Of a stretch of DNA of 64,000 bases, positions 47,797-57,480 are shown in pieces. Origin of the DNA: Trueperaceae bacterium (GTDB lineage Bacteria; Deinococcota; Deinococci; Deinococcales; Trueperaceae); assembly GCA_965214405.1 (NCBI GenBank), contig OZ243956.1:3712001-3776000 (forward strand), given 5' to 3'. The position numbers and the translations under genes are program-made. The number at the start of each line of letters is the position of its first letter. Within the stretch, counting starts at the first letter, position 1. The notes beneath the pieces were generated by a model. That model searched no databases. It had not been told where the DNA came from and worked only from the letters and a program-made list of their open reading frames with translations.

Positions 47797-48831
47797 CTAA
47801 CGCCTCAAATGGGCGTCCGACAGCAGCGTTCCCTTGAGCGTCCCCAACATGTCGAGCGCCATCCCGGTGCCCAAAGCCACGCAGTCAGTCGCGTCTTCGG
47901 CGACCGCCACGGGGATGCCCGTCGTTTGCCGCAAGAGCTCGTCAAAGTTTTTGAGCAAGGCCCCGCCGCCCGTCATGATGATGCCGCGGTCGATGATGTC
48001 CGCGACGAGTTCGGGCGGGGCGCTCTCCAACACCCGCCGCACCCCGTCCGCAATCTTTTGTAGAGGCTCTTTAAGCGCCTCGACCACGTCTTCGGTATCG
48101 ACGGTAATGGTCTTGGGCAGACCGTTGATGAGGTCGCGCCCGCGCACCTCGAGTTCATGCACGTCTTCGGGACCCCTGACCAACGCCGCGCCGATTTTCA
48201 TCTTGACCTCTTCGGCGGTGCGGTCGCCAATCAGCAAATTTTCCTTGTGGCGAATCGCGCGGATAATTGACTCGTCAAACTCGTTGCCCGCGATTCTCAA
48301 AGACTCGGACACGACGATGCCGCCCAGCGCGATCACCGCGATGTCGGTCGTGCCCCCGCCGATATCGACGATCATCGAGCCCGTCGGCTCGGCGATGTTG
48401 ACCCCCGCGCCCACCGCGGCGGCTAAAGGCTCCTCGATCAAAAAAGCGCGCCGCCCGAGCTCGCGCGTCGCCTGCAAGACCGCGCGGCGCTCGACCTCGG
48501 TCACGCCCGAGGGCACGCAGACCATGATCTGCGGCCTGTTGAAAAAGCGCCCCGGCCCCCTGATAGCTTTGCGGACAAACGCTTTTAACATCTTTTCGGT
48601 AAGGTCGTAGTCGGCAATCACCCCGTCGCGCATGGGCCGCACCGCAACAATGTTGCCGGGGGTGCGCCCGAGCATCCGGTAGGCCTCGTCGCCCACCGCC
48701 TTGACCTCGCCCGTATCGCGGACCACCGCGATCACCGAGGGCTCACGGAGCATGATGCCCTTGCCCTTGACGTAGATAAGCACCGTCGCCGTGCCTAGGT
48801 CGACCCCTATTTCTTGCCATAATCTAAACAC
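47797..48831 (-). CDS. mreB: Rod shape-determining protein MreB
   Basis: DLGTA, EPSV, DGVIAD, DIGGGTT, TGGGA. Confidence 0.96.
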   Translation of the reverse strand: MFRLWQEIGVDLGTATVLIYVKGKGIMLREPSVIAVVRDTGEVKAVGDEAYRMLGRTPGNIVAVRPMRDGVIADYDLTEKMLKAFVRKAIRGPGRFFNRPQIMVCVPSGVTEVERRAVLQATRELGRRAFLIEEPLAAAVGAGVNIAEPTGSMIVDIGGGTTDIAVIALGGIVVSESLRIAGNEFDESIIRAIRHKENLLIGDRTAEEVKMKIGAALVRGPEDVHELEVRGRDLINGLPKTITVDTEDVVEALKEPLQKIADGVRRVLESAPPELVADIIDRGIIMTGGGALLKNFDELLRQTTGIPVAVAEDATDCVALGTGMALDMLGTLKGTLLSDAHLRR

Positions 48832-49181
48832 ACTCGTCTCCCCAAAGGGCCGCGTCCTCTTGCGGTACCCGTGATCGTGCGTGGTTACGCCCTCTTTAAC
48901 GGCTCCACAAATGAGATGTAACGGGAACCGCGCTAGCGCAGTATACCGTCCCTACATAGCGCGCACGCACGTGAAAAAATGCACGTCTTATAGCAGGTCT
49001 GCCCACGGGCATTTGTGCCCTGCAAGGGTATAAATCATCCCTTTTGAGCGAGATTTAACCTACGCATTACTGTCCGGAACGCGGCTTACAGGATGATACT
49101 TGCGCTGAATTCGCTCAATGCCAATGAAAACCGCTGTAGCCTGCGATCAAACACGCCCGCCAAACCCAAAGCGCCCCAAAA

Positions 49182-49757
49182 TTATAGATAAAGCGGCTCG
49201 AGCCCCTCACTTTTACCCTCTTTCGCCCCTCTCTCATACGCCTGTTTCGCCAAGTAAACCGCGTCGGGCGGGACGTCCTCGAGGTAGCGAAGTCCCGGAC
49301 GCTGCATCAAGGACGCACGAGCCACCTTTTCGACCTCACCCGCCTGCACCACCCACTCCCCCTGCTTGCGGAACATCCCCGCGTACACGTTGCCCCGCCG
49401 CGCGTCCAAGGCCACGACCGCCTCTTCCGCCCCGCCAAGCGCCCCATACGCCATCGCCTCGAGCGAGCCCCTACCCACGATTGGGACGCCGAGCCCTCGA
49501 GCCAACCCCTTGGCCGCCGCCACCCCGACGCGCAGCCCCGTATACGACCCCGGCCCCAGCCCCACCCCGACGCCGCGGATATCCCTCCGGCGAACCCCCG
49601 CCCTCTCCAACAGCCCCTCCAACTCCGGCACGAGCCGCTTGGCGTGGTCGCGGCCCACCGCGTCGCAAAAAGTGGCGAGAGGTCCCGCTTCAGGCGACCA
49701 CAGGGCCAGCGCGAGATACGTGCTGGCGGTGTCGAGACCCAAGTAGAGTGGGGTCAC
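49182..49757 (-). CDS. tsaB: t6A biosynthesis protein TsaB
   Basis: LGLDTA, GPGSYTGLRVG, DARR, EPLY. Confidence 0.92.
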   Translation of the reverse strand: MTPLYLGLDTASTYLALALWSPEAGPLATFCDAVGRDHAKRLVPELEGLLERAGVRRRDIRGVGVGLGPGSYTGLRVGVAAAKGLARGLGVPIVGRGSLEAMAYGALGGAEEAVVALDARRGNVYAGMFRKQGEWVVQAGEVEKVARASLMQRPGLRYLEDVPPDAVYLAKQAYERGAKEGKSEGLEPLYL

Positions 49758-50215
49758 GTGAGAAAAGTGTCTCTGTTTTGCTTGAAAAATGTAATCACAG
49801 GTTCCGCGGGTGGCCCCAGATTTTCTGGAAGGGCGTTTAAGTCTATAAACTTTACCTCAACGCCCTCCTCACCGTCAGCCCGCAGTTCGCCCTCAAACTC
49901 GCGCGTCACAAAGGCGACGGTCACGTTATGCACTTCGTCGCCGTTGGGAACGAACCAGTGAAAGCCCGGACCCGAAAAAACGCCGAGGAGCTCTATAGCG
50001 TGCGCCTCGAGCCCCGTTTCCTCACGCAGTTCCCGGCGGGCGGTCTCTTCGATTCTCTCCCCAAGTTCCATGTAACCGCCGGGCACGTGCCAAGCACCCG
50101 TATGGGCGCGCCGCTGCATGAGAAGGCGCTCTTGGTCAACAGCCAAGATCATCGCGCTGACAAGGATGAGGGGCCGGTTTCCTACGAGTGCGCGCACCTC
50201 TCTGATGTAGTCCAT
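49754..50215 (-). CDS. NUDIX hydrolase
   Basis: GG..E.GE...ETARRELREETGL. Confidence 0.92.
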   Translation of the reverse strand: MDYIREVRALVGNRPLILVSAMILAVDQERLLMQRRAHTGAWHVPGGYMELGERIEETARRELREETGLEAHAIELLGVFSGPGFHWFVPNGDEVHNVTVAFVTREFEGELRADGEEGVEVKFIDLNALPENLGPPAEPVITFFKQNRDTFLT

Positions 50216-50395
50216 GAGGCTATCTTAACAGCGCGTTCTTTGACGGCTTGCAGGTAACCAACGCCTTTGCTAGACTCGCAAAACAGTGGTTTAAGCTCCA
50301 GATGTGCAAGACCGAGAAGAACACTGAGAAGAACGTTGAACGGGTTTCACACCCTCGAGTGGTTACCCCCAAGTCTTTGTTACTTTGGAGCAGTT

Positions 50396-50977
50396 GTGAC
50401 ACTCAAACTAAAAACTGAACGCCTACTGATTCGCAACTTTCGTGAAGATGACTGGCAGAGCATCGTCGCCCGCAGCACCCAGGAAGATGTCGCAAAGTAC
50501 ATGGCGTGGGACACGTCGACGTGGGCGGAAAAAGAGAAAGTTGTCGGCTGGATTAGGGAGCAGCAAACGTTTGACTTGGGCACCTTTGGAAAGTATGTGG
50601 AGTTTGCCGTCGAGCTTGACGGCGAATCCATCGGCGTTGTGGGTATCAAACGCACCAGCAGGACGAATAAAGTTGCGGAAGTCGGTTGGGACTTAGGCCC
50701 CGCGCACTGGGGCCAAGGTTACGCGACGGAAGCGAACGGGGCCTTTATCGACCACTGCTTTAGACACCTCGACCTACACCGCATCACCTCCTTGTGCGAC
50801 GCACGTAACGAAGGGTCTTGGCGACTCATGGAGCGGCTAGGCATGAGGCGTGAGGCGCATCACCTCGAGAGTAGTTTTATCAAAAGCGAGTGGGCGGACG
50901 ACCTCGTCTACGCCGTTTTGCGTAGCGAGTGGTTGGCGCGGCCCAAGCCGGGCTATGAGGTGCTGGCCTCGAGCTAA
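50396..50977 (+). CDS. RimJ/RimL-type GNAT acetyltransferase
   Basis: TERL..R, WGQGYATE, N..S..LMERLGM..E; GTG with SD ggag. Confidence 0.88.
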   Translation: MTLKLKTERLLIRNFREDDWQSIVARSTQEDVAKYMAWDTSTWAEKEKVVGWIREQQTFDLGTFGKYVEFAVELDGESIGVVGIKRTSRTNKVAEVGWDLGPAHWGQGYATEANGAFIDHCFRHLDLHRITSLCDARNEGSWRLMERLGMRREAHHLESSFIKSEWADDLVYAVLRSEWLARPKPGYEVLASS

Positions 50978-50998
50978 GCGGGTGAGATGTAAATAGAC

Positions 50999-51448
50999 CT
51001 ACTCGAGCGGCGCGCCGCCCCGCTCTAGGTGCGCGCGGCGTGCGCCGTCGTCAAGCTCGAGCCGCACCACCAGCGCCTCGGGGTAAGACTCCAAAAGCGC
51101 CTCGCCCCACTCGACCACCACGAGCCGCGCCCGGTCTAAGTAATCTTCCAAACCCAGCCCAAAAAGCGCCTCGGCGGACGGGAGGCGGTAGGCGTCGACG
51201 TGGACTAATGCGCCCTCCGGCGTGGGATATTCGTGAATGAGCGTATAGGTCGGGGAGCTTGTCTGGGCGTCTGAAAGGAGCGCCTGACCCAGAAACTGGG
51301 TGAAGGTGGTTTTGCCCGCGCCGAGAGGCCCGACGAGCAGCAAGAGCGTTCCGGCGGGGGCCATCTGGAGCACTTTACGCGCGAGGGCGCGCGTGTCGTC
51401 AAGCGAATGTAGGTCCACGGAGGATGTTACCAAAGGCCTCCATGTCAC
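50999..51448 (-). CDS. tsaE: t6A biosynthesis ATPase TsaE
   Basis: GPLGAGKTT, SPTYTL, H.D.YR, VEW. Confidence 0.93.
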   Translation of the reverse strand: MTWRPLVTSSVDLHSLDDTRALARKVLQMAPAGTLLLLVGPLGAGKTTFTQFLGQALLSDAQTSSPTYTLIHEYPTPEGALVHVDAYRLPSAEALFGLGLEDYLDRARLVVVEWGEALLESYPEALVVRLELDDGARRAHLERGGAPLE

Positions 51449-54146
51449 CTTGCAAGCGCGCGGTCACCGACGACGCGCCGCCCAGCGAATGGAGAACGAA
51501 CACGACGCGGTAACCCTCGGTGGGCCACGCGGCGATGACGGGGTTTCCTCCGACCTCGAGCACGAGCGGTGCCGCGTCGTCCTCGTGACGCCCTTGACCG
51601 AACGACCCCGCCTCCCTTTCCGAATCTTCTAAAGCTTTGTGAAGCGCGTCGGGAGACCCTTCCAAGCGCCCGCTGACGAGTTCTCCTCCGGTCGAGATGA
51701 CGGCGGCGCCACGCACCTCCGGGTGGTGCAAGTAACCCTCGAGCAGGCTCTGGAGAGGCGCTGTATGGTCGGGTGACGCGGCTTGTGGAACGTCGAATAA
51801 GCCCAACATATCGTCGAACAAACCGTCGCTGACTAAAAAATCCGCGACGGCGCGGGTGGCTTCGAACTGCGCCTGAAGGTCTTTGATAAGCGTTTCGGCC
51901 CCGCGTAACGACGCCTCGAGCTCGAGCTGGACGCCTAGCGACACGCGGTAGAACGCGCCTCGCTGCGTGTCGAGGTGGTGCAAGGTCCTCTTCACCGTGG
52001 CGGTTTCGTCGCTGTTGAGGCGGCTCACGGGTTCGAACGCGCCCAGCGCCGCGTCGAGGCGCGTTTCGAAGCCCTCGAGACGTTCTTTCACCTCGTTTTG
52101 CAACGCCCCGAGCCGTGCCCGCAGAGGAGACAGCGCCTGAGTGAGCGCGCCCCTCTCGATACTTTCCCTCGCCTCCTCAAGGAGACCGTCTACATCTTCG
52201 CTCCTCTCACCCAGCGCGCGGTAGGGCCTGAGAGCGGTTTCGAGCGCGTGCAAGTCTTCCAAGGCCGTGGCCCGAAGGTTTTCGGACGCGGCCTGGAGCG
52301 CGCGCTCGAGCGCGTGGAGGTCCGGGTAGTCGGCGTTAGGCTGGCCAAACGCGGCCCGCTCCGCCTCGACGCGCTGGAGGAGCGCGGGGGCCTCCAGTTC
52401 GGCGGCGCGCGCCCGAAGGGCCTCGAGAAAGTCGCCGTACGCGGCTTTTAGGGCGGCCTCGACCCCTGCGGCCCGCGCTTGCGCCTTGTGAACCTCCGTC
52501 TGGCCTATCGTGTCGCGCCTTAAGAGCGTCTCGAGCTCCCCCTTGAGCTCCTCTACGGGCGCTTCGAGGGCAGGCAGGAGCGGGAGAACCTGAAGGCGCG
52601 AGAGGAGCGCGCGCAAGAGGGAGCGTTCGCGCTCCAGGGGCGAGATTTGCGTGGTTTTGGCGACCTTGCCCTCGAGCGCCGCCTCGGCCTCTTGCGCCGC
52701 GCTGACGAGTCCGGCGTCTACGCGCCCCTGGGCCTGCGTGGCGGCCAAGCGCGTGACGGCTTCAAACAGCGCGCGGTGCTCCGCGGCGGCGGCGGAAACT
52801 TGCGCGTGGCGCTCGAGCGCGTTCTGAAAGCGCCTCAGCGCCTCCCCCTGCGCCTGGCGTCTGGCCTCGAAATCGGCTTGCGCCGCCTCAAGCTCGCGCG
52901 CGCGCTCCTGCGCGGCCTTGGCGAGCCCCCGAACCTTTTTCGTGTCGGCGAGGCTCGGCAAGGCCGTCTCGAGCACGCCCAGCGCAATCTGGAGCGCCCG
53001 CGCCAGCTCGGGTTCGTCTTGTGGCCCCGCTCCCAGACTCGCCTGGAGGGTTTCAAATTCACGCCTCAACTCCTTACGCAACGCTTCCCGAGAGAGGGGG
53101 AGTTGGGCGGAGAGGGCGGCGATCTCCTGGTTAATATCGGGTTGGGCAGTATCTGGGGTCTCGTCTCCGCCGCTCTCGATGAGGGCGCGGAGGTGCGTGA
53201 TTTTCTCCGCCCACGTGCTCTCGTGGGCGAGAAGGTGGCTAAAGGAGCGTGTCAGGGACTCGAGCTTACGCAGCGCGTCCTCGGCGTCGATGCGGCGCAA
53301 GCGCTCGCCGAGCGCGTCAACGTTCGCGTTGTCAGTTTCTCCTTTGGTATCTCCTGACGCGGCGCGGGGGCCGGGTGTGGCGGTGGGCCTGTCGAAGCTC
53401 GTGAGAAACCCTTTCTCGTCCTCTACCTCGAGCAGCCCCGCGTCCGTAGCCTGTGAGGGGTCATGCACCACACTCGACTCCATAAGCTTACGCAAGTCAG
53501 TCACGAGTTTGCGCGCGCGCTCCACCTCGGCGCTTGCAAGCTCTCTCTCGTCTTGCGCGCGCCGAATCTGCCCGGTAAGGCTTTCTAAGCGGCGCACCTT
53601 AGAGCCGCCCAACGTCTTGACGCTCTCTAAGCCTGCTTCTAAGTCGCTCAGCTCTCTCGCCTGAGCGACTAAGTGGTCCTCGAGCTTTTGCCTGAGCGCT
53701 CCCAACTGAGCCCGCGCGTCTTCCACAAGCCCATGCGCCGCGCGTCCCGCTTCATGGTCGGTCTTGAGGAGCCCTATCTGCGTTCTTAGCTTTTGCGTTT
53801 CGGGCCACTCAAAGTAAAGGTTAAACGGCTTGAGCGCGTCCTGGAGTTCGTCGAGCGCGCGCCCCTGTCCCCTAAGGTCCGCAGCCGGACTCGGCGCGCT
53901 CTGCCGCAGGGCCTCGAGCTTGGTCAGCAGCTTGTGAATGGCTTCCTTGGCGGCGACCGCGGGCATGGTCGCCTGAAGTTGCCGGAACACCTGGCCCTTG
54001 AGAATCTGCTCGACGTCCTCGACGTTCACCGTGGCGGGCGTTTTCCCGAGGCTCGTCAGGCCCTCCTGGAGAGAACGCGACACCGCGCGCGGGGACATCA
54101 CGGCCTCGAGCGCCTCGATGGTCGTTCTATATACCGCGTTCGTCAC
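51399..54146 (-). CDS. Large coiled-coil protein with C-terminal Roadblock/LC7-like domain
   Basis: FNLYFEWPE.QKLR, long heptad helices, C-terminal VRGAAVI...G.LV.G. Confidence 0.65.
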   Translation of the reverse strand: MTNAVYRTTIEALEAVMSPRAVSRSLQEGLTSLGKTPATVNVEDVEQILKGQVFRQLQATMPAVAAKEAIHKLLTKLEALRQSAPSPAADLRGQGRALDELQDALKPFNLYFEWPETQKLRTQIGLLKTDHEAGRAAHGLVEDARAQLGALRQKLEDHLVAQARELSDLEAGLESVKTLGGSKVRRLESLTGQIRRAQDERELASAEVERARKLVTDLRKLMESSVVHDPSQATDAGLLEVEDEKGFLTSFDRPTATPGPRAASGDTKGETDNANVDALGERLRRIDAEDALRKLESLTRSFSHLLAHESTWAEKITHLRALIESGGDETPDTAQPDINQEIAALSAQLPLSREALRKELRREFETLQASLGAGPQDEPELARALQIALGVLETALPSLADTKKVRGLAKAAQERARELEAAQADFEARRQAQGEALRRFQNALERHAQVSAAAAEHRALFEAVTRLAATQAQGRVDAGLVSAAQEAEAALEGKVAKTTQISPLERERSLLRALLSRLQVLPLLPALEAPVEELKGELETLLRRDTIGQTEVHKAQARAAGVEAALKAAYGDFLEALRARAAELEAPALLQRVEAERAAFGQPNADYPDLHALERALQAASENLRATALEDLHALETALRPYRALGERSEDVDGLLEEARESIERGALTQALSPLRARLGALQNEVKERLEGFETRLDAALGAFEPVSRLNSDETATVKRTLHHLDTQRGAFYRVSLGVQLELEASLRGAETLIKDLQAQFEATRAVADFLVSDGLFDDMLGLFDVPQAASPDHTAPLQSLLEGYLHHPEVRGAAVISTGGELVSGRLEGSPDALHKALEDSEREAGSFGQGRHEDDAAPLVLEVGGNPVIAAWPTEGYRVVFVLHSLGGASSVTARLQGDMEAFGNILRGPTFA

Positions 54147-54266
54147 GTCGCCTCGACTTCCTGATCATTGAACCTTCCTTTGACCCGTTGCTACTTTTGT
54201 ACCTTTGCCCTTTTTGTACCTTCGCCCTGCTTGATGTGTCTGCTGCGCCTGACGGTGCGTTCGCCA

Positions 54267-54302
54267 CTTCTTACTTTCTGCTTCTTACTTCTTGCTTTCT
54301 AC
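54267..54302. repeat. Degenerate heptamer repeat (CTTYYTR x5)
   Basis: cttctta ctttctg cttctta cttcttg ctttcta. Confidence 0.7.
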
Positions 54303-54466
54303 GTGCAGCGTTTTATGGCTCAGACAGCCCTCTGAAATTTTGTGGCTCGAGCCTTAGACCCTGTCTTTAGGTTCTAAACCTTTCCTCAAACCCTCCAAAC
54401 CCTCCAAACGTTCCTTTTAACCGCTGGCGTCCCTACCCAGTTCTCGCACGACCGCAAGCCGAGTCC

Positions 54467-56566
54467 CTAAAACTCCTCGTCCCAGTCGATGGCGGCGTCG
54501 GGGCTGCCCGCATCCAGAAGCGTCGGGTTAACGTCTTCCGCGCTTCCGGCGTCCTTTTTACCGAGCAGGCCGAACTGGACGCAGATGCCGTGAAGTCCGG
54601 CAGCGGCGAAAAGGATGGCGAGCCCGGTGAGCGCCACCCACACGACCTGAGCCAGCACGCTCTGAAAGGGAGAAAAGGGCGCGAGGACGTTGAAAACGTC
54701 TGCACCCGTAAAGAAAGCCAGGAGGCTGCCCAGCGAGACGAGCCCTTCGACCATGACGGGCAGGAGGAGCAAAAAGAGCGCTACGCCGACCCACTGCCAG
54801 TTGCGGTTGCCGCCGCCGAACGCGAGGTTGAGCAGGTAGAGCGGCACAAAGGCCAGCGCGCCCAAAAAGACGAGCAGCGCGAGCCGCACGAAGCCGCTCC
54901 AGAACCCCGTGACCGAGGCTTCTATACTCCCTGAGCTCGGCGCGCCCCCCTGTAGCCCCGCCGACGCTGGTAACTGACCCGTTGGCAACTGACCCAGCAA
55001 GACCGCCACGTCCTGCACGCGCAACGCGGGCGACGCGCTCAACCTGTTGATGAGCTCGAGCGTCCTGCCTTCTTGTTCAGGGTTGGTGGACGCCACGAGC
55101 GGCGCGAGTAGAAGCGTATAGTCCGCGCGCAAGGTGTCAAGGAGCGTGTGCGCCGTGCGCTCGTCGCCGCGCCCGGTGGCGACCAGCGCTCGAGCGCCGA
55201 CGGCGTAAAGGTGCTCCAGAGCCGCGTCCACGCTCCCGAAGCCGCGGTCGCGGTAGGCGCTGATAAGCCTGGTCGCCTCGCTCTCAGAAAGGGGGTAGGC
55301 GTCCAGCGTGAGGGGCGTATTCGCCGCCGTCTGGCTCAGTCGCGCGGGGTCTAAGAGGACACCCGTGAGGTCGAGCGCCGCCGGAACGTCGCCCGCAAAA
55401 GCGTTTGCCAAACCAAGCTCACCATCGGCACCCGAATCACCGGGGGAAGCCGTCTCGGGCGTGGCGAGAAGGGACGCGTTCTCGTTTTCTGTCGGGGTCT
55501 CGGCGGCTTCTGTTGGGGTCGTCTCAGCGGGAGCCACCTGGGCCACCTCGGTGGCGACTGTTTCAGTGGGAGCTGTACCGGCGGGAGCTTCGGTGGGAGG
55601 AGTTTCAGCAGGGGCCGCGCCGACGGGGACCGGTTCGATAGCGACCTCTTGCACAGGTTGCGCCGCCAAAAGCGTTTCCGCCGCGGTGTTCAAACTGGAG
55701 AGTTCGCTTTCCAATGTGCTGTTGTCGCCGCTCACAAGCGCGCCGATGGCGGCGGAAAAAACCGCGCCGGTCGTTCCATCTACATAAGGCGAATCTTGGA
55801 TGGGGATAAACAGGCCGTACGCCTCTGCTAGCGCGGGGTAAGAGAGCTCAAGCCCCGCCTCGGGGTTCACGCGCGAGAGCGCCTCTTGCAGGGCCGCCGC
55901 CACACCTTTTTCAAACGTCAGGCGCAGCGCGGCACCCGTGGTTGGTGTGGTTGGCGCGTCTTCGGCAGGCGTCGCCGTACTCGCCTCGGCGCTCGTTGTG
56001 GTGTTCGCAGTAATATTTGCAGCGGCGTTTAAGGCGTTCTGCGTCTGGGCGTCCAAACCCATCTCGCTTGCCAAGGCGCTAAACCGCGCTGCCGCCGCCC
56101 CTGGCCCTCCCGCGTTGGCGTCCCGAACCGCCGTCTCGTAAAGGAGCCGCCGGAAACCGCCCTTGAGCACCGCCACCTGAACGGCCAAGTCTACCGCGCT
56201 TTCGTTGCGAATCGCGGTGCGGGCGCGCTCGAACGTCGCCTCCATCGACCTCACCATCGTGGGCGAGCTCGTGTCTTGCGAGAGCGGTCTCAAGGCTCTG
56301 GCCGCGCGCTCTAGGTTGTCCAAACTTGCCGCGCCGTCCGCAAAGCCGCCCTCCACGCCGTCAAGCGCTGCCACACTCTCATTCAAACCTTCTACCGCGA
56401 GCGTGTAGCGTGCCAAAAAGCTGTCTTCTGCTCCCTCACCCGCTCCCTCACTCGCCGAGTCGCCCCCTGTTACGCTGGACTGCTCGGACTGTGCAGACTG
56501 TGCAGACGTCTGCGCGAGCGCGCTCCACCCCAACAACATTAGTAAGACGACAAGAGAGCGTTTCAT
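54467..56566 (-). CDS. Exported helical protein with C-terminal TM anchor region
   Basis: Signal peptide, Ala/Pro/Thr/Glu linkers, 3-4 C-terminal TM helices. Confidence 0.7.
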   Translation of the reverse strand: MKRSLVVLLMLLGWSALAQTSAQSAQSEQSSVTGGDSASEGAGEGAEDSFLARYTLAVEGLNESVAALDGVEGGFADGAASLDNLERAARALRPLSQDTSSPTMVRSMEATFERARTAIRNESAVDLAVQVAVLKGGFRRLLYETAVRDANAGGPGAAAARFSALASEMGLDAQTQNALNAAANITANTTTSAEASTATPAEDAPTTPTTGAALRLTFEKGVAAALQEALSRVNPEAGLELSYPALAEAYGLFIPIQDSPYVDGTTGAVFSAAIGALVSGDNSTLESELSSLNTAAETLLAAQPVQEVAIEPVPVGAAPAETPPTEAPAGTAPTETVATEVAQVAPAETTPTEAAETPTENENASLLATPETASPGDSGADGELGLANAFAGDVPAALDLTGVLLDPARLSQTAANTPLTLDAYPLSESEATRLISAYRDRGFGSVDAALEHLYAVGARALVATGRGDERTAHTLLDTLRADYTLLLAPLVASTNPEQEGRTLELINRLSASPALRVQDVAVLLGQLPTGQLPASAGLQGGAPSSGSIEASVTGFWSGFVRLALLVFLGALAFVPLYLLNLAFGGGNRNWQWVGVALFLLLLPVMVEGLVSLGSLLAFFTGADVFNVLAPFSPFQSVLAQVVWVALTGLAILFAAAGLHGICVQFGLLGKKDAGSAEDVNPTLLDAGSPDAAIDWDEEF

Positions 56567-57480
56567 AGTTCCTCCTCGAGAGTAGAGAGCGTGCCGAACA
56601 CCGACCCGACGTTGAGTTCGGGCGTGCCGATGACTACAAGCGTGCTCCCGCCCAAGGGGAGCAAAAAGAGTTGATAAAGACTGTGCGCGAGATAGTAAGA
56701 CCGTACGTGGCCGCTCCGGCGCAAAAGCGTGAGCGTCATGAGCCCGTAACGCGCGAGCGCGCCCAAATCGAAGCCGCCGCCGCGCGAGCCCGTGACCTCG
56801 CCCCCCGGCCCAAACGAAGCCACCAATTTGACCTCCTCGAGCCCCGCAAAACGCAGCACGATCGTCTCGAGCTGTGCGTGAGAGAGTGGAGGAAAGGCTT
56901 TGCGCTGCGGGGCGGGTTTTGAAAAAGCGGCGGGCGCTTGCGTTGAAGGTTGATATGGTTGGGGGAGCTGAGAAGGCGCGCTGTACGCGGCGACAGGCGC
57001 TGTTATGTGTTCATCCTCAGGGGTAGAGAATGGTGCAAAAGAGTCTCGCGGTGCCTTGTCCGGCTTGTCCTGAAGCGCTCTCCGGGGCTCTTTCCGGCTA
57101 GCGGGGGCTCGAGGGGACGCGGGCGCAGGAACGCGGGCGGCCTCTTCATCCGCTTTAACCTGACGGGTTTCCGGTGGATTATTCGGCGTGGTCGCGGTTT
57201 CCCCCGTAGGTTCCCCCAGAGAACGCGCATGATCCGCTTCTGCCGCCGTTAAGTCGGTGACGAGTTTTTTGAGAGTGCGCCGCAGGCCGTCGCGGGGCAG
57301 CGTGGTTTCTAGCTCGCGGCACACGGGGCCGAGCAAAAGGTTTCTCATGAGCCCGCCGCTTACCGTGTCCGCGGTGTAACCCGCCGTCTGGAGCGCCCGG
57401 TCGAGCACCCGCTGCGCGGCGCGCGCCGACATCAGGGTGGTGAGACCGTGGTGCGTTTGGGTATAAACGTCGTTAGCCAC
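56563..57480 (-). CDS. Roadblock/LC7-like domain protein
   Basis: N-terminal domain similar to that of the 915-aa protein, Pro-rich linker, C-terminal N.G.V motif. Confidence 0.65.
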   Translation of the reverse strand: MANDVYTQTHHGLTTLMSARAAQRVLDRALQTAGYTADTVSGGLMRNLLLGPVCRELETTLPRDGLRRTLKKLVTDLTAAEADHARSLGEPTGETATTPNNPPETRQVKADEEAARVPAPASPRAPASRKEPRRALQDKPDKAPRDSFAPFSTPEDEHITAPVAAYSAPSQLPQPYQPSTQAPAAFSKPAPQRKAFPPLSHAQLETIVLRFAGLEEVKLVASFGPGGEVTGSRGGGFDLGALARYGLMTLTLLRRSGHVRSYYLAHSLYQLFLLPLGGSTLVVIGTPELNVGSVFGTLSTLEEEL

